Origin: Polyangiales bacterium
GTDB taxonomy: Bacteria > Myxococcota_A > Polyangia > Polyangiales > Houyiibacteriaceae
DNA length: 38,535 bases
Assembly: GCA_045106895.1 (NCBI GenBank)
Contig: JBGCFM010000037.1
Coordinates: 1 to 38,535 of the forward strand
Direction of reading: 5' to 3'
Shown here: one piece after another, positions 16,801-26,600 of the stretch
How positions within the stretch are numbered: the first letter of the stretch is position 1
Layout: the number at the start of each line of letters is the position of its first letter
Translations under genes and position numbers: made by a program
Notes under the pieces: generated by a model
The model's input: the letters and a program-made list of their open reading frames with translations, nothing else
The model's database searches: none
Told to the model about the DNA's origin: nothing

Positions 16801-17555
16801 GGGGACCGCGTGACGCCTTGGGCGTCGATGGTCGCGTAGCCTCCATCGCCCACGGGAAGCCAGTCATCGTCGTCCAGTGGCTCCGACGCAAAGCAGCCAC
16901 CGCCGGGCTCCTCGCGGGAGAAGAGCGTTGGCGTCTTCGCGCCGTTCAGTCCGGTGCGAAGCGCATGAACGCGTTCGCCGTCGCTCACCATCAGCACCAA
17001 GAGAGCGCGCTCGCCTTCAAGGGCCCGCTCCGCTCCGGCGACGGACGCGTGAAGCGCGTCCTTGATGCTCGCGCCGGCGAGGTGCGCGTCCATGAAGAGC
17101 GCGAACATATGTTCGGAGTCCGACGAACCACGAATCAGCGCGAAGGCTTCATCGCCGAGCTGCTGTTGAACGCGCCGCATCACGCCGCCGCGAAAGCCAT
17201 TGAGGTAGCCGTTGTGCATGAAGGCGATATTGCTGTGCACAAAGGGCTGCGTATTGCTGAGCCCCGCGCCGATGCCTGGCGTGGCGCTTCGAACGTACGC
17301 GAGGAGATGCGAGGAGCGGACCTGGCCCCCAAAGCCACGAAAGTTCTCGTCGGACCACATCGGCAATACGCTGCGGTATCGCGCGGGCTCCGGGTCCTGG
17401 CCGTTGTACCAAGCCAGCCCAAAGCCGTCGGCGTTCATCAACGCCTCGTCCATCATCTTGGGCTTGTAACTCTGCACCTCCAGGCTGTGCGGCGTGCCCA
17501 CCACCTGCTCCAGAAGTGTGCGAGGAGTTCCAACGCGCGCGTAGAGACGACACAT
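16797..17555 (-). CDS. egtC: class II glutamine amidotransferase (Ntn hydrolase), EgtC-like
   Basis: Likely start MCRLY (Cys2 nucleophile), NADGFG, VRSAT, NTQPF, HNG, SDSE, ASEPL; overlaps the egtB start. Confidence 0.82.
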   Translation of the reverse strand: MCRLYARVGTPRTLLEQVVGTPHSLEVQSYKPKMMDEALMNADGFGLAWYNGQDPEPARYRSVLPMWSDENFRGFGGQVRSSHLLAYVRSATPGIGAGLSNTQPFVHSNIAFMHNGYLNGFRGGVMRRVQQQLGDEAFALIRGSSDSEHMFALFMDAHLAGASIKDALHASVAGAERALEGERALLVLMVSDGERVHALRTGLNGAKTPTLFSREEPGGGCFASEPLDDDDWLPVGDGGYATIDAQGVTRSP

Positions 17556-17676
17556 GACGAACGTTATCGGGCGGAAGGTGAGCCTCGTCAATCCGGGCGT
17601 TGAAGCTGGTACGGCATAGGTAGGGAGAGGCGCGGGAAAACCATGGAGGCCTAGCCAGAGCGCGCTACGCTTCCTC

Positions 17677-17916
17677 GTGGCTTTTCGCGACGACAACGAG
17701 GCGCTTCAAGCGAAGGTGCAGAGCCTCCAGGAAGAGCTCGACGGGGCGAAGGGGACCATCGCGCATCTGCAAGGCGTGGCTGATTTTGCGCGACCTGAAC
17801 TCCTAGCGAGTCGTCCGCGTGGCTTCAAATCACGTCGTCAGGTTATTGAGGGGAACATCGACGCTGAGGTGTACGAGCGCATCGCCGAGGCTCACGGCAA
17901 TCGCGAAGACTACTGA
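17677..17916 (+). CDS. short coiled-coil hypothetical protein, possibly truncated
   Basis: MAFRDDNEALQAKVQSLQEELDGAK coiled coil; TACGCT 5 nt upstream; ends overlapping the convergent gene. Confidence 0.45.
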   Translation: MAFRDDNEALQAKVQSLQEELDGAKGTIAHLQGVADFARPELLASRPRGFKSRRQVIEGNIDAEVYERIAEAHGNREDY

Positions 17917-19286
17917 ACGCGAACACGAGCGAGGATGTCGTCAGGACCAGCGAAAACTGCCCAGATGCCGTTTGGAGACAGAGCGGCGGAGTTAAAACCC
18001 GAATCGTCGCCTGGGTCGACGGGCTCACCTTCCACGTCGATGGTAAGGCGCCTGGTCCCTTCGTTGGTGTCCATCACGAAAAAGACGTGCTCGTCGTTGC
18101 GCAACAACACCGTTGTTAGGTCGTCGCTGGCGCTCGCCAGGCCGAGGTCCCCTGCAATAGTCCGAGTGTTTTTGCCAATCACTAGACCAAGGTCGCCGCC
18201 ATCAACGGTGCCGACGTACGCAAGTGTGGCTCCGTCATTTGCAACCAGGGAATTTTCATTGACCACCCCAGAGCTCATACCGCCCTCCAGCGTCGCTTGC
18301 CCCTCAGCGTTGCGGAAGCTGACGCTGCCATCGGGTCCCAGTAGCCCGGGCGCTCCCGCCACGTTTGCCAGCAGACTGCTTGTGCCAAAGTAGTTTCGAT
18401 TGCCGTCGTGAACGAGAATGAACAGATTTTCCCCACTGGTCTCTCGGATGTCCGTGTGGCCGACGCCCCCTGGTATGGCCCCTGCAACCGTTTGTCGGTT
18501 CGAACCATCCACGTTTACTCGCTCATGGCTCGGTAATGAGGAGGTGAGGTCAGCGAAGAGAACAAAGCCCGAACTATCGCTGATGCTGGGCGCCGCGAAC
18601 TGGTGATCGTCTTCGACGGCGATGGTTCGAGCAGGCACCACGGCAGAGTCCATCGGATTGGGCCAGTATGCCAAGGCTCCTCCGTTAACGATTGTCATGT
18701 CCGAGGTGATGAAGACAGCGTTGCCTTCGTTGTCCACGTCCATCTGCGGAAACGGAGCCATCTCGAACGGTCCCACAAAGGACTGATCCTCGCGCTGGAT
18801 TTGAGTCATCAACTCCACGCTCGGCGGTAGCGCCAAGGAAGCTACTTCTTCTCCGCCGGAGAAGACACGAAGAGTTCGGTCGCCGAGAAGCGGCACGCGG
18901 GTCTGAAGGACGTAGACGCCCGATGGTGCGAAACCCTCCGCGCCGCTGGGTTCCTGAATGTCAACGCTCGCAGGGCACGAGCCCGCAGCGGTGATGCGTA
19001 CGCTCGTCGGCCACCCGGCGCTTTCCAATTCGACGACTACTGTGCAGGGTCCCGCGTCGACGGTGGGTGGTCCTGCGTCTTCACGAGGTCCTACGTCTTC
19101 GCGAGGTCCTGCGTCTTCGCGAGGTCCGGCTTCCATCTGCACATCAGAGAGGCCTTCAGCGTCGTTCGGACCCGCGTCGCCGGCGGCGTCGTTCGAGCCG
19201 GCATCATGTGCCAGGTCCCCTGTCCCGTAAACCAGCGAGCAGCCACCAAAGAGGCATGCGACGGCGAGGGTTCGAATCGTATTCAT
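17910..19286 (-). CDS. lipoprotein with DAG linker and TolB-like beta-propeller C-terminus
   Basis: Likely start MNTIRTLAVACLFGGC (TGATG coupling to the TPR gene), GPREDA repeats, APSISDSS and AALSPNGIWAVF blades. Confidence 0.75.
   Translation of the reverse strand: MNTIRTLAVACLFGGCSLVYGTGDLAHDAGSNDAAGDAGPNDAEGLSDVQMEAGPREDAGPREDVGPREDAGPPTVDAGPCTVVVELESAGWPTSVRITAAGSCPASVDIQEPSGAEGFAPSGVYVLQTRVPLLGDRTLRVFSGGEEVASLALPPSVELMTQIQREDQSFVGPFEMAPFPQMDVDNEGNAVFITSDMTIVNGGALAYWPNPMDSAVVPARTIAVEDDHQFAAPSISDSSGFVLFADLTSSLPSHERVNVDGSNRQTVAGAIPGGVGHTDIRETSGENLFILVHDGNRNYFGTSSLLANVAGAPGLLGPDGSVSFRNAEGQATLEGGMSSGVVNENSLVANDGATLAYVGTVDGGDLGLVIGKNTRTIAGDLGLASASDDLTTVLLRNDEHVFFVMDTNEGTRRLTIDVEGEPVDPGDDSGFNSAALSPNGIWAVFAGPDDILARVRVQ
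19069..19127 (-). repeat. 18-nt tandem repeat x3 (GPREDA/GPREDV)
   Basis: ggtcctgcgtcttcacga ggtcctacgtcttcgcga ggtcctgcgtcttcgcga. Confidence 0.85.
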
Positions 19287-20053
19287 CAGAAGCTCCCGCG
19301 AAGGTGAAGGCCACCGCTGCGCGCGCCAACGAGGGGCCGCAGTTCTGCGCGACCTTCGGCGTTGTCGTCGTCGCGTCCGGTGAGCAATAGAATGACGCCG
19401 ATGGCTGCACCGGCGATGGCGACGCCGAGCCCAATATCGGCGACGAGGGCTGCGGTGTTGAAACCCGGGTCGCAGGGCCCCGCCGCACACGCGTCTTCGG
19501 CGTCTCGAAAGTTGCTGCCTGCGATGACGCCGGCGACGGCGAATGTCACCAAGCCAGCGCCGGCGACGGCGAAGCTAGCGATGGGGGCGCCAAGGGATCG
19601 GCTCGACTCGCCGGCATGCTCCGTGTCTTCAGGCGCGTCTCCGGACAGCTCTTCTTCCGGGTCGCCGTCGTCGGCCAGCGACGCGCGAAGAATGGCGGCC
19701 CGGGAGCGCGAAACGCCCACAGCAGCCGCGTCCGGCACTTCCTCCACGAAACGCTCGTAGAACTCCGCGGCCTCCGCGCGCTGGTCGAGGCGATCATGGG
19801 AGATGGCAATATTGTAGAGCAGAATGCCCCGTCCGCTCAGTCGATGTGCTGTCGTAAAGCGGTCCAGGGCCTCGGCGAAACGCCCGGCGTCGAACGCTCT
19901 CGTTCCATTCTCAAAGAGCAAGCGCGCAGCTTCGTCGAGCTCCGCGAGGTCTTCTTCGCTGGGTCCGCTCGACTCGGCCGCTTCCTGAGCCGACACGCTT
20001 CCGCCGGATCCGAACACGAGGGCGCTGATTAGGAGTAGGAGGACTCTGTGCAT
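19286..20053 (-). CDS. exported tetratricopeptide-repeat protein with C-terminal membrane segments
   Basis: Signal peptide, ARLLFENGTRAFDAGRFAEALDRF...LLYNIA TPR, two Gly/Ala-rich hydrophobic segments, terminal GLHLRGSF. Confidence 0.8.
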   Translation of the reverse strand: MHRVLLLLISALVFGSGGSVSAQEAAESSGPSEEDLAELDEAARLLFENGTRAFDAGRFAEALDRFTTAHRLSGRGILLYNIAISHDRLDQRAEAAEFYERFVEEVPDAAAVGVSRSRAAILRASLADDGDPEEELSGDAPEDTEHAGESSRSLGAPIASFAVAGAGLVTFAVAGVIAGSNFRDAEDACAAGPCDPGFNTAALVADIGLGVAIAGAAIGVILLLTGRDDDNAEGRAELRPLVGARSGGLHLRGSF

Positions 20054-20207
20054 GCGAAGCGCAGCTTACACTAGGACTTCCCCCAGGCGCACGATTCCAG
20101 CGAAGAATCCTCGCGGCCGAGGTAGGCGCTCGTGTCGCCGTTTCGCCCGCGATGACCCACGGAAAGCGCCCCATTCGTCACTCCTCTATGCGAGGCTGGC
20201 GTCGTCC

Positions 20208-23200
20208 ATGCTCCGCCTCGTCTACGCCAACCAAACCGAAGCGCTCCTCGAAGCGTTCGTCGACCGCGTACGCGAGCAACGCAGCCAATCTTCGCCCCTC
20301 GTCCCCATCGAGCTCATCGTCCCGGGTCGTCACGTGGAGCGCTATTTGGAAGTCCGCTGCGCCGAAGCGATGGGCGTCGCGGCGAACCTCCGCTTTCATC
20401 GCCTTGAGTCCTTCGCAGCGCGATGGGTGTCGACGCGCGGCGACTATCCCCTCGGTCGCCGGAGCTTCGAGGCCGTCACCTTGGCGGTGCTCCTCGACGA
20501 CGCGGCGCTCTCGCAGCCGGCGCTCTTTCCGTTGCTGCAGTACCTCGATGCGTCCCTCAGCGAAGGCGCCCGCGATGCGAGTCGCGCGCAGCTCGCGATG
20601 CGTATGGCGACGCTCTTCGAGGGTTACGCGCTCTCGAGGCCTGCGCTCCTCGCGACTTGGGAAAGCGATTCCGGAAACCTCGGCCTCCCCGCAAATGCCA
20701 CCCCTGCGCAGCGTGATGACGCCATGTGGCAACGCGCCCTTTACCGGGAGGTCCGCCGCCGAAGCGAGCGCCGGCCCCTCGCGGCGCACTTGCGCGAGCT
20801 TCAACAGGGCGCTGCGGGCAAGGGCAACAAGTTGCCCACTGCGCTTCATGTGTTCGGTCTCAGCTATGTTGCGCCGGTCTACTCGTGGCTCTTCAGTGCG
20901 CTCGGTCAACGGACGGAGCTGGACCTCTACACGCTGAACCCGTGCATGGAGTTCTGGGAAGACCTACCCAGTGAGCACGAGCGCTCGCGCGAACTACCGA
21001 CGCGCCAGAGCGCCCGCGGCGGCACGCTCCTTGAAGAGCATCCTCATCTTCTTGGCGACGACCCGCCGGCGCTCACGTTCTGGGGGCGTCCGGGTCGTGA
21101 GCATGTTCTTCTCCTCAACGAGATGAGCGGCGCGGATTTCGAACCGCGCTTTGTCGACCCGGGACATGGCACGGTCCTCGCGCGAATCCAAAAAGACATC
21201 CTCGAGAGGACGCTCCGCACGGCACAAGGGCCCGCCGACGGATCCCTCGTCGCGACGGAGTGCCCCAACGTGCGCCGCGAGCTTGAGACCGTGGCCGAGG
21301 CGATCTGGTCGGCGGTGCGAGAGGACTCAACGCTGCGCTTCAACGACATCGCGGTCTTCGTTCCGCCTTCCGACCGCAGCGCGTACCTGCCGCATCTCAG
21401 CGCCGTCTTTCGGGAAGCGCAAGACTTGCCGCACCACGTCGTCGATCTGCCGCTCTTGAGCGAAAGCCGAATCGTCGAGGCGGCGGCGCTCCTGGTGGAC
21501 TTGCCCACGAGCGCCATGCGTCGTCCGGACCTCCTTGAAGTCTTGATGCATCCGGCCACGCACACGCCCAAAGCCGGCAGCGCATCTTGGGCCTCGCTCA
21601 TCGACGCCCTCGGCATTTTTCACGGCCTCGATGCGAGCGACCACGAAGGCACCTACATCTTGGGCGACCTCGTGAGCTGGGACCAAGGCGTTCGCCGCTT
21701 GTCTCTCGGCGCTTTTATGGACGAGGACGCATCCATACAGGTCGGCACGGAGCACTACTACTCCGCGACCACGCACAGCGACGATGAGGGAGCATGGCTC
21801 GCGGCGCTCATCCGTTCGCTCTGCGCCGACGTGAAGTTTGCTCGGGATGCGCGCCTCCCCATCGCCGATTGGAGCGTTTTCTTCGCCGGCATGTTCCGCG
21901 CGTACCTGCGCCCCAGCGATTCGCGCGAGGAATCCGAGCTTCGCCGCTGCCTTCAAGCTGCGGATGCGTTGGGGGAGGGCGGTCTCGTCGAACCCGTCGG
22001 CTTTCGTCTCGCCGCGGAGCTTCTCCGAGCGTCCATCGACCGGCTTGGTGGCGCACGTGGCGAGTACCTCGCCGATGGCGTCGTCGTCTCGGCGCTCTCC
22101 CCGATGCGCGCGATCCCGTTTCGCCGCGTCTTTGTCCTCGGGCTCGGCGAAGGACGTTTTCCATCGACGGAACGCCGCGACCCTCTGGACCTGCGCGGCG
22201 TCAAACGCGCCCTCGGCGACGTCTCTCCGAGCGAACGCGACAAGTACGTTTTCCTCGAATCGCTCCTTTCCGCCCGAGACTCGTTTCACGTCAGCTGGGT
22301 GGCGCGCGATCCTCTGACGGGCGACGCGATTCCGCCATCCCCGGTCGTCGCTCGCCTCCTCGACATGGTCGAACGACACTATGTTCTGCCCGATGAGCTG
22401 CCGCAGGTGCGCCGCCGGTCGACGCTTCGGCGCCACGAAGGTGCCCGCGCCGATGCGGCTCTCCGAGAAAGCGTCGCCGAAGCGAAAGCCGCGGCGGCAC
22501 CCCAGCGAGATGACCTTCGGCAAGATGTGGCGCTGCGCGATCTCTTGGCGCTCTCGGCGCTTCCTAAGCGCAGCACCGAGACGGTCCGTGAGGTCAGCCT
22601 TGGCGCCTTGCGTCACTTCCTCGTCGCGCCCGCTCAAGGGTGGGCCCGCGCCGTCCTGAGGCTCGACCGGCAGCGGGAAGAAGCGCGCTCGGGGAAGAGC
22701 GATGAGCCCCTCCGCGCCGAGGCCCTCGACCGCAGCGAGGTGTTGCGAAACGCGTTCGAGACGGGTCTGCGCGAACGACGCAAGCCTCTGAGCGTGTACG
22801 ACGAAAAGGTGCCACGTCTGGCGGCGATGGGTCGCTGGCCGCTGGGGATTCTGGCGGAGCGCGCACGCGAGGTGGATGCCGGAAATCTCGAGGCTTGGCA
22901 GCGGGCCTACCTAAGCGCGGTCCACGCTCACACGGAGCCGACGCGCGTGCGCTTTGGAAGCGGCCGGGCCCACGGCGAGAGCGCCATTGTTCGACCCGCC
23001 ATCGAAATCGAGGTGGAGCTCGAAGGCCGCATGGTCCCGATACGCCTCGTAGGCCGAACCGAAGCCCTCGTCGAAGGAGGACACTCATCGCTTCTGCTCC
23101 TCGCGCGCTCGGCGCCGGCGGGCGGCAAGCTGCTGACGGAGCGTTTGCTCTACGCGCTGCGCGGCTACCTCGACGCTCTTGCGCTAGCGGCGGACCCCGA

Positions 23201-23627
23201 AGCGACGACCTCGAACGACGCGACGCCGAGAGACGCGAGCGGTCTTGGGGCACGTTCCCATCGAGCCCTCGTCCTCTTCAGTGGTGACGCAGCCCGTGAA
23301 GCTTCGACGCGCTTCGCTGGCATCACCCAAGAGGAAGCGAAACGAATCTTGAGTCGCCTCGTCGCGTCGCTCCTGCGGCGTGAGCACGCCTACTATTTGC
23401 CATGTCAGGCGGTGTTTCGGCTCGCGCGCGGCTGGGCGACGGCGACCCCCGAGAAGCTGCACCAAGCGAGCATGGCCTGCCGGCGAAGCGCCCTCGCGCA
23501 GTACGGCCCCCTGCGTGGCGCCCAGCACCTGCCGCTTCTTGAGCCAGAGGACGCGTTCCTCCTCGCCGTCGAGCGTTTCAATCCCTTCTTCGCCGCGACC
23601 CAGATGAATGAAGCGGGGCCGACTTGA
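20208..23627 (+). CDS. recC: exodeoxyribonuclease V gamma subunit
   Basis: MLRLVYANQTEALL, GVAANLRF, LHVFG, LNPCMEFWED, WGRPGRE, RRELE, PMRAIPFR, LESLLSAR. Confidence 0.92.
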   Translation: MLRLVYANQTEALLEAFVDRVREQRSQSSPLVPIELIVPGRHVERYLEVRCAEAMGVAANLRFHRLESFAARWVSTRGDYPLGRRSFEAVTLAVLLDDAALSQPALFPLLQYLDASLSEGARDASRAQLAMRMATLFEGYALSRPALLATWESDSGNLGLPANATPAQRDDAMWQRALYREVRRRSERRPLAAHLRELQQGAAGKGNKLPTALHVFGLSYVAPVYSWLFSALGQRTELDLYTLNPCMEFWEDLPSEHERSRELPTRQSARGGTLLEEHPHLLGDDPPALTFWGRPGREHVLLLNEMSGADFEPRFVDPGHGTVLARIQKDILERTLRTAQGPADGSLVATECPNVRRELETVAEAIWSAVREDSTLRFNDIAVFVPPSDRSAYLPHLSAVFREAQDLPHHVVDLPLLSESRIVEAAALLVDLPTSAMRRPDLLEVLMHPATHTPKAGSASWASLIDALGIFHGLDASDHEGTYILGDLVSWDQGVRRLSLGAFMDEDASIQVGTEHYYSATTHSDDEGAWLAALIRSLCADVKFARDARLPIADWSVFFAGMFRAYLRPSDSREESELRRCLQAADALGEGGLVEPVGFRLAAELLRASIDRLGGARGEYLADGVVVSALSPMRAIPFRRVFVLGLGEGRFPSTERRDPLDLRGVKRALGDVSPSERDKYVFLESLLSARDSFHVSWVARDPLTGDAIPPSPVVARLLDMVERHYVLPDELPQVRRRSTLRRHEGARADAALRESVAEAKAAAAPQRDDLRQDVALRDLLALSALPKRSTETVREVSLGALRHFLVAPAQGWARAVLRLDRQREEARSGKSDEPLRAEALDRSEVLRNAFETGLRERRKPLSVYDEKVPRLAAMGRWPLGILAERAREVDAGNLEAWQRAYLSAVHAHTEPTRVRFGSGRAHGESAIVRPAIEIEVELEGRMVPIRLVGRTEALVEGGHSSLLLLARSAPAGGKLLTERLLYALRGYLDALALAADPEATTSNDATPRDASGLGARSHRALVLFSGDAAREASTRFAGITQEEAKRILSRLVASLLRREHAYYLPCQAVFRLARGWATATPEKLHQASMACRRSALAQYGPLRGAQHLPLLEPEDAFLLAVERFNPFFAATQMNEAGPT

Positions 23628-26600
23628 CGCGTCGCTATCCAAGACCGGCCATCTTCAACCGCTTGCCCGAGGGGCGCTTCGCCGCCATCGAGGCATCCGC
23701 TGGTACGGGGAAGACGTTCACCCTCGAGCATCTCTTCGTCGATAAGATCCTCGCCGGAGCTCGCGTAGACGAGGTCCTCGTCGTCACCTTTACGGAGAAG
23801 GCCACGCGGGAGATGACCCGCCGCGTTCGGGAGACGCTCGCACGCATTGTGCGCATGGAAAAAGAAGCCGACGCGGGCGAACCAGCTTGGGTGATCGACG
23901 ACGTCGCGCGCGCCCGACTGACGGAGGCCCTCATCGGCTTTGAGCGTGCGCCCATCTCCACGATTCACGGCTTCTGCCAGCGCATCCTCAGCGACCACGC
24001 TTTTCGCTCGAAGCGGCCGTTCGGGCACGAGCTTGTAGAGCCACGGCGCGCTTTCGGCGCCGCTTTTCGCGATGAGCTGCGCTCACTCCTGGCGGAAGAG
24101 TCCACGGAGCGCCGTGTTCTCTTTGGCGTCCTTGAGGACCTCGACGTCGACCGGCTCGAGAGCTTGCTCTACCGTTGGCATCACGAGCGTGGCCGCGTGC
24201 ACCCGGCGTGGGACGAAGAACGTTTTGCGCACTCGCTGCGCAAAGTAAGCGAGTCGCAGCTGGTGGACCTTGCGAAGGGCGGCATACGTCGAAGTGACGT
24301 GCTTCAGCGCGTCACCAAAGAGCTGGAAGCGCTCCAAAGTCTCGCGCGCAAGCACGCTGGAGGCGACGTCTTGGAAGGACTCCTCGCCATCGACCGATGG
24401 GGCCGCCGCCAGGTCGTGCAGAACGAGCGAGCGCGTCTGTGGGTACCTGCGCGTCTTCACGACGCGCTGGAGGCACAGGGGCTGGTCCTCGACCTCCTCA
24501 GCGTGGCGCCGCCGCTCTTTGGGGTCCTCGTTCATCGCCTCGTGCCACGTATCGCGGAGCGCCTCCGCGACCAGAAAGCGGAGCGCTTCCAGCTCGACTT
24601 TGACGACATGCTCAGCCTCGTTGCCAAAGCGCTCCATGACCCCAACGCCGGTCCCTTCGTCGAAGCGCTCCGCGCCCAATACAAACATGCCCTCGTCGAC
24701 GAGTTTCAAGACACGGACGATATCCAGTGGTCCATCTTTCGAAAGCTCTTCATCGAGGAAGGCGCGACGGGAACGCTGACCATCATCGGCGACCCCAAAC
24801 AGGCCATCTACGGCTTTCGAAACGCCGACGTCCACACGTACTACGAGGCCCGCGATGTGCTCACGCGCGGAAACGGCGTCGTGCATCTCGAGGAGTGTTA
24901 TCGCTCCACGCCGCGTCTCATCGAGACCTACAACCATATCTTCACGGGTGCCGATGAAGGAGAGGGCTTCTTCCAAGGTACCGTCCGCTACGACCACCCC
25001 GTTCGCGCCGGTGACCCTTCCCGGCGCCTCTTGGACGAGGACGGCCACGACGCGCCCTCGCTGATGTTGTGGCAGCCCGCTGGCGAAGAGCAGCCCGCCG
25101 CTGCCGACATGCGCCGTGCCCTTGGAGCACGCATCGCTCTCGAAGCACGAAACATCGCGGGTGGCTCGCTCCGTATGCACACGGGCGGCGAAACCCGCCC
25201 CATTCGTTACTCGGACATGCATGTGCTGGTTCGAAACGCACATGAAGCGACCGCTCTCGCCGCAGAGTTCACGAACGCGGGCGTACCCTTCGCGTTCTTC
25301 AAACAAGACGGCCTCTTCGAAACCGATGAAGCACATGCGCTCCTCGAGGTACTCCAAGCCGTCGCCGATCCGAGCGACGGTGCGGCGCGCCTCCGTGCGT
25401 GGCTGAGCGACTTCTTCGAGGTGCCCCTGGAAGATGTCGAGGCTTGCCGAAGCGCGGATGCGCAAAACCCTCTCGTCGCGCGACTTCATTCCTGGCACCG
25501 CCGCGCCGAACGGCGCGAGACCGGGCTCCTGCGTGCGATCCTCGTCGAGTCGGGACTTGTGCGTCGCCTGCTCTATCGCCCCCATGGTGCGCGAGCGCTC
25601 ACCAACTACGAGCACCTCGTGGAGATCCTCATCGAGGAGCGCGGCGCGAGCGCGGACATTCACGAGAGCATCGCGCTCCTCGAAGCGTTCATCGAAGGCC
25701 GCGCCGAACCTGTTCGCGGCGGCACCGTACAGCGCGCCGCCGGAGAGGCAGACGCGGTGCAGCTCCTCACGATGCACAAAGCGAAAGGCCTCGAGGCGCC
25801 GGTGGTGTTCCTCGCGGGCGGCTTCACGCGTTCGGGGTCGCGAAGCCCCTACGAGCCCGTCGTCGCCTACGCCACCGAGGACGACGCCCGCATTCGCGAA
25901 GCGTGGCTTCCCCCGCTCCCCGCCGAGGCGGCGGCGCGGGCGGAAGAAGAAGCGCGCGAAGAAGACGAGCGTCTCCTCTACGTGGCCATCACCCGCGCCA
26001 AGGGACGTCTCTACGCTCCCTACTTCGGAGCGCCGCCGGCGAGTCACGCCGCACTCCTCGGCGCTCGGCGTCGCTATGGGCCGCTCCAAGGGCCTTACCG
26101 CTGGCTCGATGCACGTCTGGAGCAGCTCGCACTGGCTGGCTTCATCGACGGCACCAAGGTCGAGTACGAAGTGCTACCCATCGAGTTGCGCGCCGAGCCC
26201 ACGCCGGCGGCTCCGGTTGCGCCTCCGCAGCCTGCGACGGGTCCTGTCCCGGATTTCGACGCCCTACGTTTGGCGCACGCGGGCTTCACCATTACCTCCT
26301 ACACCCGCATCAAAGCGTCCGCCGACGCGGGCTACGTTCCGCCACCTACGGCGATGGATGACGCAAAGCCCGAGGAGTTCGCCGGCGAAGAGCGTCCGAT
26401 GGAGAGTGAGGTCGAGTCTGACTCCGCGACGACGCTCCCCGGCGGCGCTGGCATGGGAATCTTCCTTCACGAGGTGCTTGAGCACTTGGACTTCGCGCGC
26501 CTCGGCGAACTCCCCGAAGAAGAATGGATCGCGGAGAGCACGCCTTGGCTCGAGCAAAGCGCGCGGCGGCAGGGGATCGACGACGCGCATGTTCAGCCCG

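Noticed and set aside
19287..19490. ORF-track N-terminal extensions (also recC 20052, elaA 3618, egtC 17696, Hsp70 27188, CAP 36324)
   Set aside because: Downstream starts fit signal peptides, family N-termini, operon coupling or the -10 spacing better.
24083..26089. 668-aa antisense ORF within recB (and 21327..22637 within recC)
   Set aside because: Typical high-GC antisense open frames opposite well-supported genes.
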